A stretch of 64,000 nt of DNA from an uncultured bacterium (GTDB lineage Bacteria > Patescibacteriota > JACMRA01): contig CAWAQU010000007.1 in NCBI GenBank assembly GCA_963784355.1, positions 64,001-128,000 on the forward strand, in the 5' to 3' direction. Positions 1-9,740 of the stretch are shown here, piece after piece. The position numbers and the translations under genes are program-made. Positions within the stretch are counted from its first letter, which is position 1, and each line of letters begins with the position of its first letter. A model generated the notes under the pieces. That model did not search any database and was not told the DNA's origin. It saw only the letters and a program-made list of their open reading frames with translations.

Positions 1-3000
1 CCAAAACCCCTTAGCTTGATAGTCGGTTTGTCATTTTCATAGTAAATATCATTGATTACGGCTGTTGCAAAAAATGGCTGTTTAACATTGATATTAATTT
101 TCCCAGAATCTGCTTCTAGTTTTTCTGTAATTGCCTCATAAGTAATTCTCCAAGATGTGAGATTATCTGGAAGTTGAAATTCCAACTTAGCTTTTCCTTG
201 ATTGTCAGCTTTGACTTGTTTAAAGATTGCAGTGTCCAGAAATTTGTCTCTAAGGCTAGTTCCGCCACCGTTACCTTGACCACCATCTCCAGTTTGGCTC
301 ATAAATACTTTGTGGGAAGCGTGTACAAACTCTAGTCCGGAATATAAATGCTTATATATATCCTCAAGTATATTTGGTTCATTTGGAGAATACTGCATGA
401 TAGCTTCGTCTACAACTGAGATATTGACATTTGCTTCAATAGGATTATTTTCTTGGTTTTTTACGTCAATATCAAGCTTAACTGTATCTTTTGGTTTGTA
501 TTCTTTTTTGTCTGGAGTTACGCTGATTTTTAATTTGCGGCTTTCTTTCTCAAATTCTAAGTTCCCAACCCCCGTTATGTTAAAGGTATTACCATCGAAA
601 TAAACTCCAAGAAGGTTCATATTTGGTACAGAGTTTTCTTCAAATTTTAGTTCAAAATTAGGGTTGTTTTGTAATTTGTAGGATTTTTGACCATTTTGTA
701 AATAACTTACCAAAAATTGATTTTGTTTGGTTTCAATTAACTCAGGTCCTTCAATCGGTTGTATTTTAAATTTTGCAGTTTCACCAATTTTATATTTTTT
801 CTCTTCCATTTTTAGTGTGTAAATCATGTCTTTGGCTGTATAACCGCTTCCAGAATTTACTGTGCCGTATAAACCTCTTTTGAATTCAATTGGGCTGCCA
901 TCTTTGTCTGTGGTCTCAATATTAATGTCAAAATTGTGTGTTGGATCGACCGGGAAATCAAGATTTATAAGTCCCTCTGTATTTGTACTTGGGCTGAAAC
1001 TTTTTTGGCCTACATACACACGGTTGTAACTATAATTATTTACGGTTTTTTTACTGATCAAGTCATAATATTGGCCGCTAACATAGCGCTCATATTTATA
1101 TTCAAAAAGTGTGATTTTTACTTTTTTATTAGCAACTGACACTCCTTTGAAATCTTTATCATCTTTCGCTGTGCCGTTATTTATTTTGCTTAAATCAATT
1201 TCATTAAGTCCGATTTTTATTGTGCCCTTATTTTGTTTAATTTCGGAATTTATATCCACGTAAGTTTTATTATCAAAGTAAAGCACGTTTTGGTATAAAG
1301 CACTATCAAACTCCTCAGAAAGTGCGGGGGTAATAGTTATGTAAGCTTGATTTATTCCATCATTACTCTGATCAGATTTTTTTACTAAGGGTACTTGAAA
1401 ATTAAATTTGCCCTCTTGGTTTGTTTTTATAATGGGAGTTTGATTATTCCCATAACTATAGCTAATATCAAGATTGTTTACTGGTGTTTCTTCAAAAAAA
1501 CTGGCTTGTCCTCGAATAGTGGCAGATTCACCGGCAAAATAAGCTTTCTTTTCGGGTCCAGCAGTTATTTTATACGAAGGGGCAATAAAGTTTTCTACTC
1601 TAAAGTAATTGGATTTAATGAGGTTATTTTGGGAATCAAAAATGTCTAGAATGTAATTTCCGGTGGTTGCATTATCGATTATAAAGTCAGAATTAAATAT
1701 ATTCTGTTCAGTTTTCAAGTTTTTGCTGATAATTTCAACTTTTTTATAACTCATGACGGAATAGTCTTGTTTACTAATCACAGCCTTGATTTCCTCTGAA
1801 TTTTTTGCGTTTACTCGGTTTTTAAGTACGCCCCAAAATTGAATTTTGTCGCTAGGCCTATAAATTGATCTGTCTGAATATAGATGACTCCAATAATCTT
1901 GGCTTTGATCGGTTGAGTAAATATTGAGGTTTTCAGTTCTTGTTTTAATTAAAATAAGTCTTTGATCCTCTGAAGTAATATTATAAAAATATATACTATC
2001 TTGAATTTTGGGAAAAATAGCTATACCCTGATCATTAGATGTAAAAAACTTATCTGAATTTGCCACTTGGATTTTTGCATTTGCTGCGGGAGATTTGGTA
2101 GTTAGATTTTGTAACCAGATTAGATTTTCAGTTTTAGTTTCCTGTATAAAACCGACTAAATTGGTAATCTGCAAAATTGACTGTACTTTTTTGCCGTTTG
2201 ATTCCACCTCAAGTAGATAAATACCTTTTTCTAATCCTTTTGTTGTATCAATATATTGTTCACTAGGTGTTGTTTTGGTAATAGTGTAATTTTGTGAACT
2301 TACTTTGTTTAGTTCTGTTGTATTTGGATAGAAAGTAGTAGGTTGGAAATTTTGCCAGTTATTGAAATTGCTGATGTAATTATTTAAGGTTGTGTTTATT
2401 TGTTCTTCAGACTTGAAATTGTAGATACTAACAGTGGTTTTAAGGTCTTCAAAGGTACTAAAAACCGGTACCACGATTTGCTCTGCAGGTTTGTATTCAA
2501 TAAATGTATTAATTAAACTAAATTCTTTATACTCCGGATCATCATTAATTGTTTGAAACTGAAATAAATAATCTTGAGCTAATTTTCCTGAATTATCTTT
2601 AGTAGTCAGCCCTTGTTTGATTTTTACAGTGTATACTGTATTTTTCTCCAGATTTTTTGGAATGAAAACTGCTACACGGCCATTTCTTTTAAAAGTGCCT
2701 TCAACTTTTGGTGTAATCTCAAAAAACTGATCTATGTCATTGTAACTATCTGTGTTAAATACCACTTCAATGCCTGTGTTTGCCGGTACACCATTTACTT
2801 TATTTGTAGGTGTAGTACCAAGTATTCTAAATTCATCTTTTACTTGATAGGCCCAACTCAAATTTTTAGCGCTTGTTACGTCGTTTTTGTCAGGGATTAC
2901 CTTTAATTCAAACTTAACTACTTCATTGGCAGTTGGTTTTTGAGTTAGATTTAATTCATAGTTAGTATCACTATTTTTTTTCAGTTCATAGGGTAGGGAA

Positions 3001-3461
3001 GGAGTAAGTTTCAAATTATCTTTAATCTGTTTTTCAGTTATGCTGTTTGCTGAAGTTATTGTATATGTAGAGTTAGAATCAACTCCCAAGTTTGTTTTTG
3101 TATTTGGTTTGATTTCGATCTCTTGAGCGCTGGCGTTGATTGGAGAGAAAGGATTAATAATATTAGCTAAGTTGTTTGTAATATTTTTACCTGCTCCGGC
3201 TTGACTAAGCACTAAGGCAATTAATATTCCGACTACAACTAGACTACTTGCAAATCCTAAACCTAACACAATAATTCTATTTGAGAAGAGGGATTTCAAA
3301 TTTTCTCGGGTTTTTGCAAATATATTTTGGGTTTTCAGATTAGTTTTTACAAATTGATTTAGACTGCTTTTCTTAGATTTTAGATAAGATGTATTTTTTT
3401 CAAATACAGGTTGCAAGGATTCTTCCTGTAAGTCTTCTCTATTTGGTAAAAATTTCGACAT
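1..3461 (-). CDS. Alpha-2-macroglobulin (MG2/A2M) family membrane-anchored protein, 3' end runs off the window
   Basis: Absent from the ORF track. Sampled manual translation from ATG 3461: MSKFLPNRED..., TM segment IIVLGLGFASSLVVVGILIALVL, Ig-like segments, MG2-like YSDRSIYRPSDKIQFWG and A2M-like LRDKFLDTAIF...FQLPDNLTSWRIT. Not every codon was checked. Confidence 0.85.
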   Translation of the reverse strand, partial: MSKFLPNREDLQEESLQPVFEKNTSYLKSKKSSLNQFVKTNLKTQNIFAKTRENLKSLFSNRIIVLGLGFASSLVVVGILIALVLSQAGAGKNITNNLANIINPFSPINASAQEIEIKPNTKTNLGVDSNSTYTITSANSITEKQIKDNLKLTPSLPYELKKNSDTNYELNLTQKPTANEVVKFELKVIPDKNDVTSAKNLSWAYQVKDEFRILGTTPTNKVNGVPANTGIEVVFNTDSYNDIDQFFEITPKVEGTFKRNGRVAVFIPKNLEKNTVYTVKIKQGLTTKDNSGKLAQDYLFQFQTINDDPEYKEFSLINTFIEYKPAEQIVVPVFSTFEDLKTTVSIYNFKSEEQINTTLNNYISNFNNWQNFQPTTFYPNTTELNKVSSQNYTITKTTPSEQYIDTTKGLEKGIYLLEVESNGKKVQSILQITNLVGFIQETKTENLIWLQNLTTKSPAANAKIQVANSDKFFTSNDQGIAIFPKIQDSIYFYNITSEDQRLILIKTRTENLNIYSTDQSQDYWSHLYSDRSIYRPSDKIQFWGVLKNRVNAKNSEEIKAVISKQDYSVMSYKKVEIISKNLKTEQNIFNSDFIIDNATTGNYILDIFDSQNNLIKSNYFRVENFIAPSYKITAGPEKKAYFAGESATIRGQASFFEETPVNNLDISYSYGNNQTPIIKTNQEGKFNFQVPLVKKSDQSNDGINQAYITITPALSEEFDSALYQNVLYFDNKTYVDINSEIKQNKGTIKIGLNEIDLSKINNGTAKDDKDFKGVSVANKKVKITLFEYKYERYVSGQYYDLISKKTVNNYSYNRVYVGQKSFSPSTNTEGLINLDFPVDPTHNFDINIETTDKDGSPIEFKRGLYGTVNSGSGYTAKDMIYTLKMEEKKYKIGETAKFKIQPIEGPELIETKQNQFLVSYLQNGQKSYKLQNNPNFELKFEENSVPNMNLLGVYFDGNTFNITGVGNLEFEKESRKLKISVTPDKKEYKPKDTVKLDIDVKNQENNPIEANVNISVVDEAIMQYSPNEPNILEDIYKHLYSGLEFVHASHKVFMSQTGDGGQGNGGGTSLRDKFLDTAIFKQVKADNQGKAKLEFQLPDNLTSWRITYEAITEKLEADSGKININVKQPFFATAVINDIYYENDKPTIKLRGF

Positions 3462-3474
3462 ATTTGAGAGATAA

Positions 3475-4155
3475 TTAAATTTTTTGTTGGTTTTTGGTTA
3501 TATTTGTAGATTCAGTAGAATTAAAAAATGATGGTTTTGCTGGTAAAGTTGTATTTTGCTCAGTAATATAAACTTCTGTTTCGCTTGAATTTGTTGTGTT
3601 TTCGGACTGTTTAAAACTAATCCATAATTCCGTACAGCCTGACTTTAGCTTAGAAAATGATCTTTTTAGTTTTTGGCGCACTGTTGCTGATTTTAAATTG
3701 TATTTTATACCGATTTGGGTACTGTTTTTATTATCAATAATCGATTCTGCAACAATATTATAATCTTCACCTGTAAGTTGTTTTTTACAACATTCTATTA
3801 GCTGTTGAATTTTGGCTTCATAATGCTCGCTATATTTATTTTCATTTTCTTCAACACTTTCAAAATGTGCGTAGTCTTGAGTCTGAAAATCTGTATTTTC
3901 TTCAAGTATTACAGTAAAAGGTGAGCGATTTTTGTTATCTATAAATTTGTATTGTTGATTTTTAGCAGTTTGCCAGATAAATCCCTTTGGATTCTCCACA
4001 TTTTCGGCTAGGAAAAAAGCGGTAAGAACATTGGAAGTAAGGTCTTCTACATCTTGCTGATTGTTTAGGCGCCTGTAGAAATATCCATAAACTAAAGGAT
4101 ACCAATAATCCCAAGCCTCACTGATATCTTTTTTTGAAATTTCAGAGTCGAGCAT
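3475..4155 (-). CDS. ECF-type sigma-70 family RNA polymerase sigma factor
   Basis: Region 2-like YGYFYRRL..DVEDLTSNV..FIWQTAKN and region 4-like STQIG..LKSATVRQKLKR. Confidence 0.8.
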   Translation of the reverse strand: MLDSEISKKDISEAWDYWYPLVYGYFYRRLNNQQDVEDLTSNVLTAFFLAENVENPKGFIWQTAKNQQYKFIDNKNRSPFTVILEENTDFQTQDYAHFESVEENENKYSEHYEAKIQQLIECCKKQLTGEDYNIVAESIIDNKNSTQIGIKYNLKSATVRQKLKRSFSKLKSGCTELWISFKQSENTTNSSETEVYITEQNTTLPAKPSFFNSTESTNITKNQQKI

Positions 4156-4281
4156 ATATACGCTACTATTATAGTACAGAGGTGTTACACAGTAAGTATA
4201 GATAGTTTTTAAGGTTATGTAAAATCAGTAGAGGACTCTAGTTGACAATTTTCATGTATATATGGAAAATAAGGTTAATTT

Positions 4282-7200
4282 ATGCTAAGTTCTGAATTGG
4301 AAGTACTGAAATTTTGGAAAGAGTACAATATTTTTGAAAAATCTCTTGAACAAAGAAAAGGGGCGGATAATTTTGTGTTTCTTGATGGGCCTCCTTTTAT
4401 TACTGGAATGCCGACTTTCGGACATATTTCTACGGGTTATCCGAAAGATATATTTCCTAGATATTGGACTCAAAAAGGCAAAAATGTAGCCCGCAGGTGG
4501 GGCTGGGATTGTCATGGCTTACCTATTGAAAACCTGGCTCAAAAGCAACTAAATATCAAAGATAAAAGACAGATTGATAACGAAATAGGTGTAGATAAAT
4601 TCAACGAAGTTTGTAGGCAAAATATTATTAGTTTTGATGCGGAGTGGCGTAGTATTGTAGAGCGAACCGGGCGTTGGGTAGATATGGACTGGCAGTACAG
4701 AACTATGGATGTAGATTACATGGAGTCAGTTTGGTGGGGACTTGGTCAACTTTGGGAAAAAAACTTGTTGTATAAAGACTATCGCGTGAGCCTATATTCA
4801 CCATCTATGGGAGCGACACTTTCACACATGGAAATTGCTGATGATATTAAATATGTAAATGACACTTTGGAGACTCCGGTTGCCAGATTTAAGGTAAAAG
4901 AAAATTCCAAAAATAAGTTGATTGATAAAATCATTGAAGAAGTTTCGTTTAATTTTTCCGAACAGCAAAGATATAGAATGGATATTGAGAAGAGGATTTC
5001 TCTCTTAGATAAACTTGATGCAAAAGGTAAAAAGACCAGTCTAAAAGAATTGCTAAAGGGAGGCAGTAAACCTGAATTTAACGGAATTGAATGGGATAGT
5101 TTTAAAACTGATTTGGAAGCTGGGGAAGAATTAAAACATTTGAAAGAACAGTATAGTATAATTTTAGAAAATCTGGATACGCTGCAGAAATTGAAAGATA
5201 TCCTGAGCAAAAATTATGAGATTAGCTTGCTTGCTTGGACTACAACACCTTGGACTTTTCCGGCAAATGTAGCTTTGGCTGTAGGGAGTGAAATTGAGTA
5301 CTCCATGTATTATTTGGGGGCAAGTTCAGAATTAGTAATTTTGGCTGAAAATAGAGTAATTCCTATACTTTCCCTAAAACTACACGATGCGATTACAAAA
5401 TCTCCCGAGTTGGAAAAAGAATTGCAACATGTGACTGATAGTAGTGAATATTTTCAAAAGCTAGGTGTAGATATAATAAAAATTGTTAGTTTTACAGGCA
5501 CTGATCTTGCCGGACTTGAATACAAACCATTGTTTGAACCAACTCAGGAAGTAGAATCCTATGAAGAAAAAGAAAATATTTATAGGGTTTATACATCTGA
5601 AGTAGTTACAAATATTGAGGGTACTGGTATTTTGCAAATCGCACCTGCTTATGGTGGAGAGGATTTTGAAATTAGAAAGCAATATAATTTACCGGTTTTA
5701 ACTTGTCTTAATGAGTACGGCGAGCTGATGAATAATCTAAATCCGGACTTGAAGCCTGCTTTTGGTAAAAATTTTGCCGTGGCTAATGATATTATTAACA
5801 ATATTTTAAACGATAAAGGATTACTATTCACCAAGTTTAAATTTACTCACAAATATCCTGTATATAATCGAGATGAGAAGAAAGTCTACTATGCTGCCCA
5901 GGAAAACTGGTATATCGGCGAAACTAAGTTATTGCCGCAAAGTTTGGAAGTAAATAAAGATATCAATTGGTATCCTGAGCATTTAAAAGAAGGAAGATTC
6001 AAGATAGGACTTGAGAGTGCACCTGACTGGTGTATTTCCAGAAAAAGATATTGGGGCACACCGTTACCGATTTGGCAGACTAGTGATAAATCCAAAACCA
6101 TTTTTGTTGATTCTATAGAGAAACTAGCTAAATTTGCAGTTAATCCAATTTATAAATTGTACAATACAAAAGATTTATTGCCTGATTCTTATGATTTAGG
6201 TAAAACTGTAATTGTAAGTGATTCTCATAGCAAATTGCCACTTGGAATTACTGCTACTCAGTATCGTAGTAAAAATCTGACTGATTTAAGAAAAGAAAAA
6301 ACTTTGGAGATCAAAAAATTTGCCGAATACGCACAAAAGATTCTTGATGAAGTGCTTGTTTTATTTGAAAAATACCAGATTGTACAGGTATTATTTGATA
6401 ATGATGAACAGGTATTGTGGACTACATGGCTACTAAGTTTAAACCCAAATAGCAAAAAAAATCTGAGAAATTTCTATTTTTACAAACAAGTGAGGCAAGA
6501 CTTGGAAGAATATACCCCGTTCGGAAATATACAACTTTTAGATCTGCATAGACCTCATATTGATCACATACTTTTAGCTGATGAAGTGGGTAATATCTAT
6601 ACTCGTATTTCAGATGTTATAGATTGCTGGATTGATAGCGGCTCTGCTCCTTGGGCAAGTTGGCATTATCCTTTTGAAAATAAGGAATTTGTAGAAAAAA
6701 ATACCCCTGCTGACTATGTTGTAGAGTATGAAGGTCAAATTAGAGGGTGGTTTCATGCATTGCATGTTTTATCTACTGCGATTTTCAATAAGCCTGCCTT
6801 TAAAAATGTTCATGTTCATGGGACTTTGCTTGGAAATGACGGTAAAAAACTCAGTAAATCCAAGAAGAACTTTGATTCCACTCCGGATGTTTTGATGGAT
6901 AAGGTGGGTAGTGATGCTCTAAGACTATATTTCACTTCCGGTCCTTATTTTAACGGGGAGACAATCAGCATGAAAGATAAAGATGTAATGACAGTTTTTA
7001 GGGATTCCACGCTACTACTATCCAACAGTATAAAATATGTAGAATATGTACTGGATGTCTATGGAAGAGATAATAATTTACCTAAAACCTATAAACACCC
7101 TTTGAATAGGTGGTGGCAGGCCTATGTTCAGGACTACGCCTTGAAAATTGATAATTACATGGAGAATTATAATATTATTGAAGCTTCCAGATTAATAATT

Positions 7201-7953
7201 CCATTTGTTAATGATTTCTCTACTTGGTATATTAGAAGATCCAAAGATTTATTAAACACACATGGTGCTGAAATTGCAGCTTGTTTGAAAGAAACATGTA
7301 AATTATTTGCAACTATTACAGCTAGTTTACAGCCTTTTAATTCAGAAAGAGTCTGGTCGGTTGTAAAAGATAAATATGATCCGATTTCAGTACATTTGAC
7401 TGACATTTCAGGATTTGAGAAACTTAGTGAAAAACAAGAGGTTTTACTTAGAAAAATGGGAAGTTTGCGAGAACTTATTAGCCAAATCCACTCAATTAGA
7501 AAAGAAAAACAAATTAGAGTCAGACAGCCTTTATATGCAGACTATAAACAGTTTGATGCAGATCCGGGCCTACTTGAGCTCCTGAAAATGGAATGTAATT
7601 TACTTGAAAAAGATTTATCACGAACTGAAGGTGAAATATTTGAAGCAAGTAGTGAATTTGGTATATTAAAAATTGATTTGGTAGTTGATAAGGATCTTAG
7701 TGTCCTAGGGTTTATTAGGGATTTTGAAAGGTCCGTACAAGAATTTAGGAAAAAACAAGGTTTTAAACCGGGCCAAATTGTACCTATGAAATGGCAAACA
7801 ATTGAAGTTGAGGATGATGAAATCTTGCAAAAAGTACTTAAACAAATTGACTGGAGTAAACTTTGTGTAGAAATAAAGTGGGTTGAAGATTTGAACATTG
7901 AACTAAATAAAACATTTGAAGTAAAAGATCTTGTAAAAATAATTGTAGATTAA
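4282..7953 (+). CDS. ileS: Isoleucine-tRNA ligase (type 2-like) with two large insertions
   Basis: FLDGPPF, GWDCHGLP, WTTTPWT, DWCISRKRYWGTPLPIW, GQIRGWF, KLSKS. Confidence 0.93.
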   Translation: MLSSELEVLKFWKEYNIFEKSLEQRKGADNFVFLDGPPFITGMPTFGHISTGYPKDIFPRYWTQKGKNVARRWGWDCHGLPIENLAQKQLNIKDKRQIDNEIGVDKFNEVCRQNIISFDAEWRSIVERTGRWVDMDWQYRTMDVDYMESVWWGLGQLWEKNLLYKDYRVSLYSPSMGATLSHMEIADDIKYVNDTLETPVARFKVKENSKNKLIDKIIEEVSFNFSEQQRYRMDIEKRISLLDKLDAKGKKTSLKELLKGGSKPEFNGIEWDSFKTDLEAGEELKHLKEQYSIILENLDTLQKLKDILSKNYEISLLAWTTTPWTFPANVALAVGSEIEYSMYYLGASSELVILAENRVIPILSLKLHDAITKSPELEKELQHVTDSSEYFQKLGVDIIKIVSFTGTDLAGLEYKPLFEPTQEVESYEEKENIYRVYTSEVVTNIEGTGILQIAPAYGGEDFEIRKQYNLPVLTCLNEYGELMNNLNPDLKPAFGKNFAVANDIINNILNDKGLLFTKFKFTHKYPVYNRDEKKVYYAAQENWYIGETKLLPQSLEVNKDINWYPEHLKEGRFKIGLESAPDWCISRKRYWGTPLPIWQTSDKSKTIFVDSIEKLAKFAVNPIYKLYNTKDLLPDSYDLGKTVIVSDSHSKLPLGITATQYRSKNLTDLRKEKTLEIKKFAEYAQKILDEVLVLFEKYQIVQVLFDNDEQVLWTTWLLSLNPNSKKNLRNFYFYKQVRQDLEEYTPFGNIQLLDLHRPHIDHILLADEVGNIYTRISDVIDCWIDSGSAPWASWHYPFENKEFVEKNTPADYVVEYEGQIRGWFHALHVLSTAIFNKPAFKNVHVHGTLLGNDGKKLSKSKKNFDSTPDVLMDKVGSDALRLYFTSGPYFNGETISMKDKDVMTVFRDSTLLLSNSIKYVEYVLDVYGRDNNLPKTYKHPLNRWWQAYVQDYALKIDNYMENYNIIEASRLIIPFVNDFSTWYIRRSKDLLNTHGAEIAACLKETCKLFATITASLQPFNSERVWSVVKDKYDPISVHLTDISGFEKLSEKQEVLLRKMGSLRELISQIHSIRKEKQIRVRQPLYADYKQFDADPGLLELLKMECNLLEKDLSRTEGEIFEASSEFGILKIDLVVDKDLSVLGFIRDFERSVQEFRKKQGFKPGQIVPMKWQTIEVEDDEILQKVLKQIDWSKLCVEIKWVEDLNIELNKTFEVKDLVKIIVD

Positions 7954-7954
7954 T

Positions 7955-9316
7955 ATGCTTAAACCTGTAGTTTTGAAAAATGGTCTAACTGTTCTAAAGT
8001 TCCCAAAGCCCGGTAGTAATATATTTTTAACCGGATTTATTGCTTCCACCGGATCGGCAATGGAAGAAGGCTATTTCCCTCAAGGTATTAGTCATTTAGT
8101 AGAAAGAATGTTTTGGTGCGGCACTGATAAGCATACTTCCACAAGAAGCTTAAACTTGACTTTGGAAGGGATGGGAGGAAATTTTACCAGCCAAGTCAAT
8201 CAAGAACTCACCCAATTCTATTTAACTGTTCCCAGTTATCACCAGTTTAAAGCAGCTTCAATGTTGGCGGAGTTGATTCAAAGATCATATTTTGATGCTC
8301 GTGATTTGGATAGGGAGAAACGGAATATTGTAGAAGAATTGAAAGATTTTGAGGAGACTTTAGAAAGCGATCATACCCGTCTTGCATTATCAAACTTGTA
8401 TGCGAAATACAATTTAGGCTTTCCTATTGAAGGTACAATTGATAGTGTGATGTCAATTAGTCATGAGGATGTTCAGGAATACATTGCTCACCAGTATAGA
8501 CCGGATAAAAGCTTTTTGGTAATTGCTGGAAATTTTGATAATAAGTCAATCATGGAATTAATTGAGCAAGAATGGAACTATTGGAATCCAAGGCTAAAAA
8601 AACATATTGAGCCATTTGAATTTCATAAAGAGGATATTGGTGAATTACCCAGAGTAGTGTACCGCCAGAGAGGTTTTGCTCAAACTCAGTTGGTCTTCGG
8701 ATTTTTACTAGACGAGGGCATGCAATCGCCTGCTTTGGCTAAGCAAGAAGAAAATCCTTTGAACGTCGATACAAAAGCCATCCTTGATAAAATGTTAATT
8801 AAATGGGCCGATTTACTTATCCTAAATACCATATTAGGGCAAGGTCTGTCTTCCAGATTGTGGGCTAAAGGTGTGGAAGAAGAGCTGTTGTTTAATAAAA
8901 TTTATAGTGAAGTTGTTAGATTTAGGGCAACAGGATTGTTACAAATTGCGGGCAGTATTGATAATAGCCAATTTTCGTTTGGACTTGAAAGCATTTTGTC
9001 TGTACTTGAAGCTTTGAAAAAAACCACCGTATCAATCAACGAGTTATCAAAAGCCAAAGAATATCTAAAAGGTAAACTAATTCTTTCTCATGAGGATTTA
9101 TTAGGTGCTACGAGCTGGCAAGTGGAAAATTTAATTGGCTCTGAGTTGACTTTTGAGCTTGACGATTTATTGGAAAAAATTGATAGAGTTGAGGCACCAG
9201 CAATCAGATCACTTGCGAGCGATTTATTTACTGCTGAGCGGATGACAATTACTACTCTTGGTACCGCTAAAGAAACTAGATTGGTAGATAAACTTATCAG
9301 GAAGTATTTGGTCTAA
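7955..9316 (+). CDS. M16 (pitrilysin/insulinase) family peptidase homologue, probably inactive
   Basis: LKNGL N-terminus, GISHLVERMFWCGT (HxxEH changed to HxxER), LGQGLSSRL. Confidence 0.85.
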   Translation: MLKPVVLKNGLTVLKFPKPGSNIFLTGFIASTGSAMEEGYFPQGISHLVERMFWCGTDKHTSTRSLNLTLEGMGGNFTSQVNQELTQFYLTVPSYHQFKAASMLAELIQRSYFDARDLDREKRNIVEELKDFEETLESDHTRLALSNLYAKYNLGFPIEGTIDSVMSISHEDVQEYIAHQYRPDKSFLVIAGNFDNKSIMELIEQEWNYWNPRLKKHIEPFEFHKEDIGELPRVVYRQRGFAQTQLVFGFLLDEGMQSPALAKQEENPLNVDTKAILDKMLIKWADLLILNTILGQGLSSRLWAKGVEEELLFNKIYSEVVRFRATGLLQIAGSIDNSQFSFGLESILSVLEALKKTTVSINELSKAKEYLKGKLILSHEDLLGATSWQVENLIGSELTFELDDLLEKIDRVEAPAIRSLASDLFTAERMTITTLGTAKETRLVDKLIRKYLV

Positions 9317-9374
9317 GTTTTGCACTAAAATCAAACTAACTCTTAATTATAGCATAATTTAATATTTTTGTTAA

Positions 9375-9686
9375 ATGGATAATCCTATATATAAAGCTAA
9401 GGTATTAAATATCGTTAAAGATATTGAAGAAGGCCAAGTCATGACTTACGGTGATGTTGGTAATATGACAGGTATAAATCCTAGGCTTGTAGGCTGGATT
9501 TTGTCCGGACTCACGGAAGAAGAGCAGCAAACTTACCCCTGGCAAAGGGTTGTAGCTAAAGGTGGCTTGATTTCCAGCTTGAAACTAGGTGCTAGGGGAC
9601 TCCTACAAGTAGAGCTTTTAAAAAAAGAAGGGTTTAAAATTGAAGATGGAAGAATACTTAATTTACCAGGAAATTTGTTTGGTTAG
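9375..9686 (+). CDS. MGMT-family alkyltransferase-like (ATL) DNA-binding protein
   Basis: GQVMTYGDV, PRLVG, PWQRVV (Trp at the catalytic Cys position). Confidence 0.85.
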   Translation: MDNPIYKAKVLNIVKDIEEGQVMTYGDVGNMTGINPRLVGWILSGLTEEEQQTYPWQRVVAKGGLISSLKLGARGLLQVELLKKEGFKIEDGRILNLPGNLFG

Positions 9687-9740
9687 TTAACATATTTACA
9701 AATTACAGAAATAGTATTTACGTTTATTTTAATAGATACT

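Noticed and set aside
310-2906. Short plus-strand ORFs in the track
   Set aside because: They are antisense shadows of the A2M-like gene; the same applies to the other short ORFs overlapping long genes.
4900-6540. Inteins in the IleRS inserts (also considered for PNPase and LigA)
   Set aside because: No Cys/Ser start with His-Asn end and no LAGLIDADG motifs.
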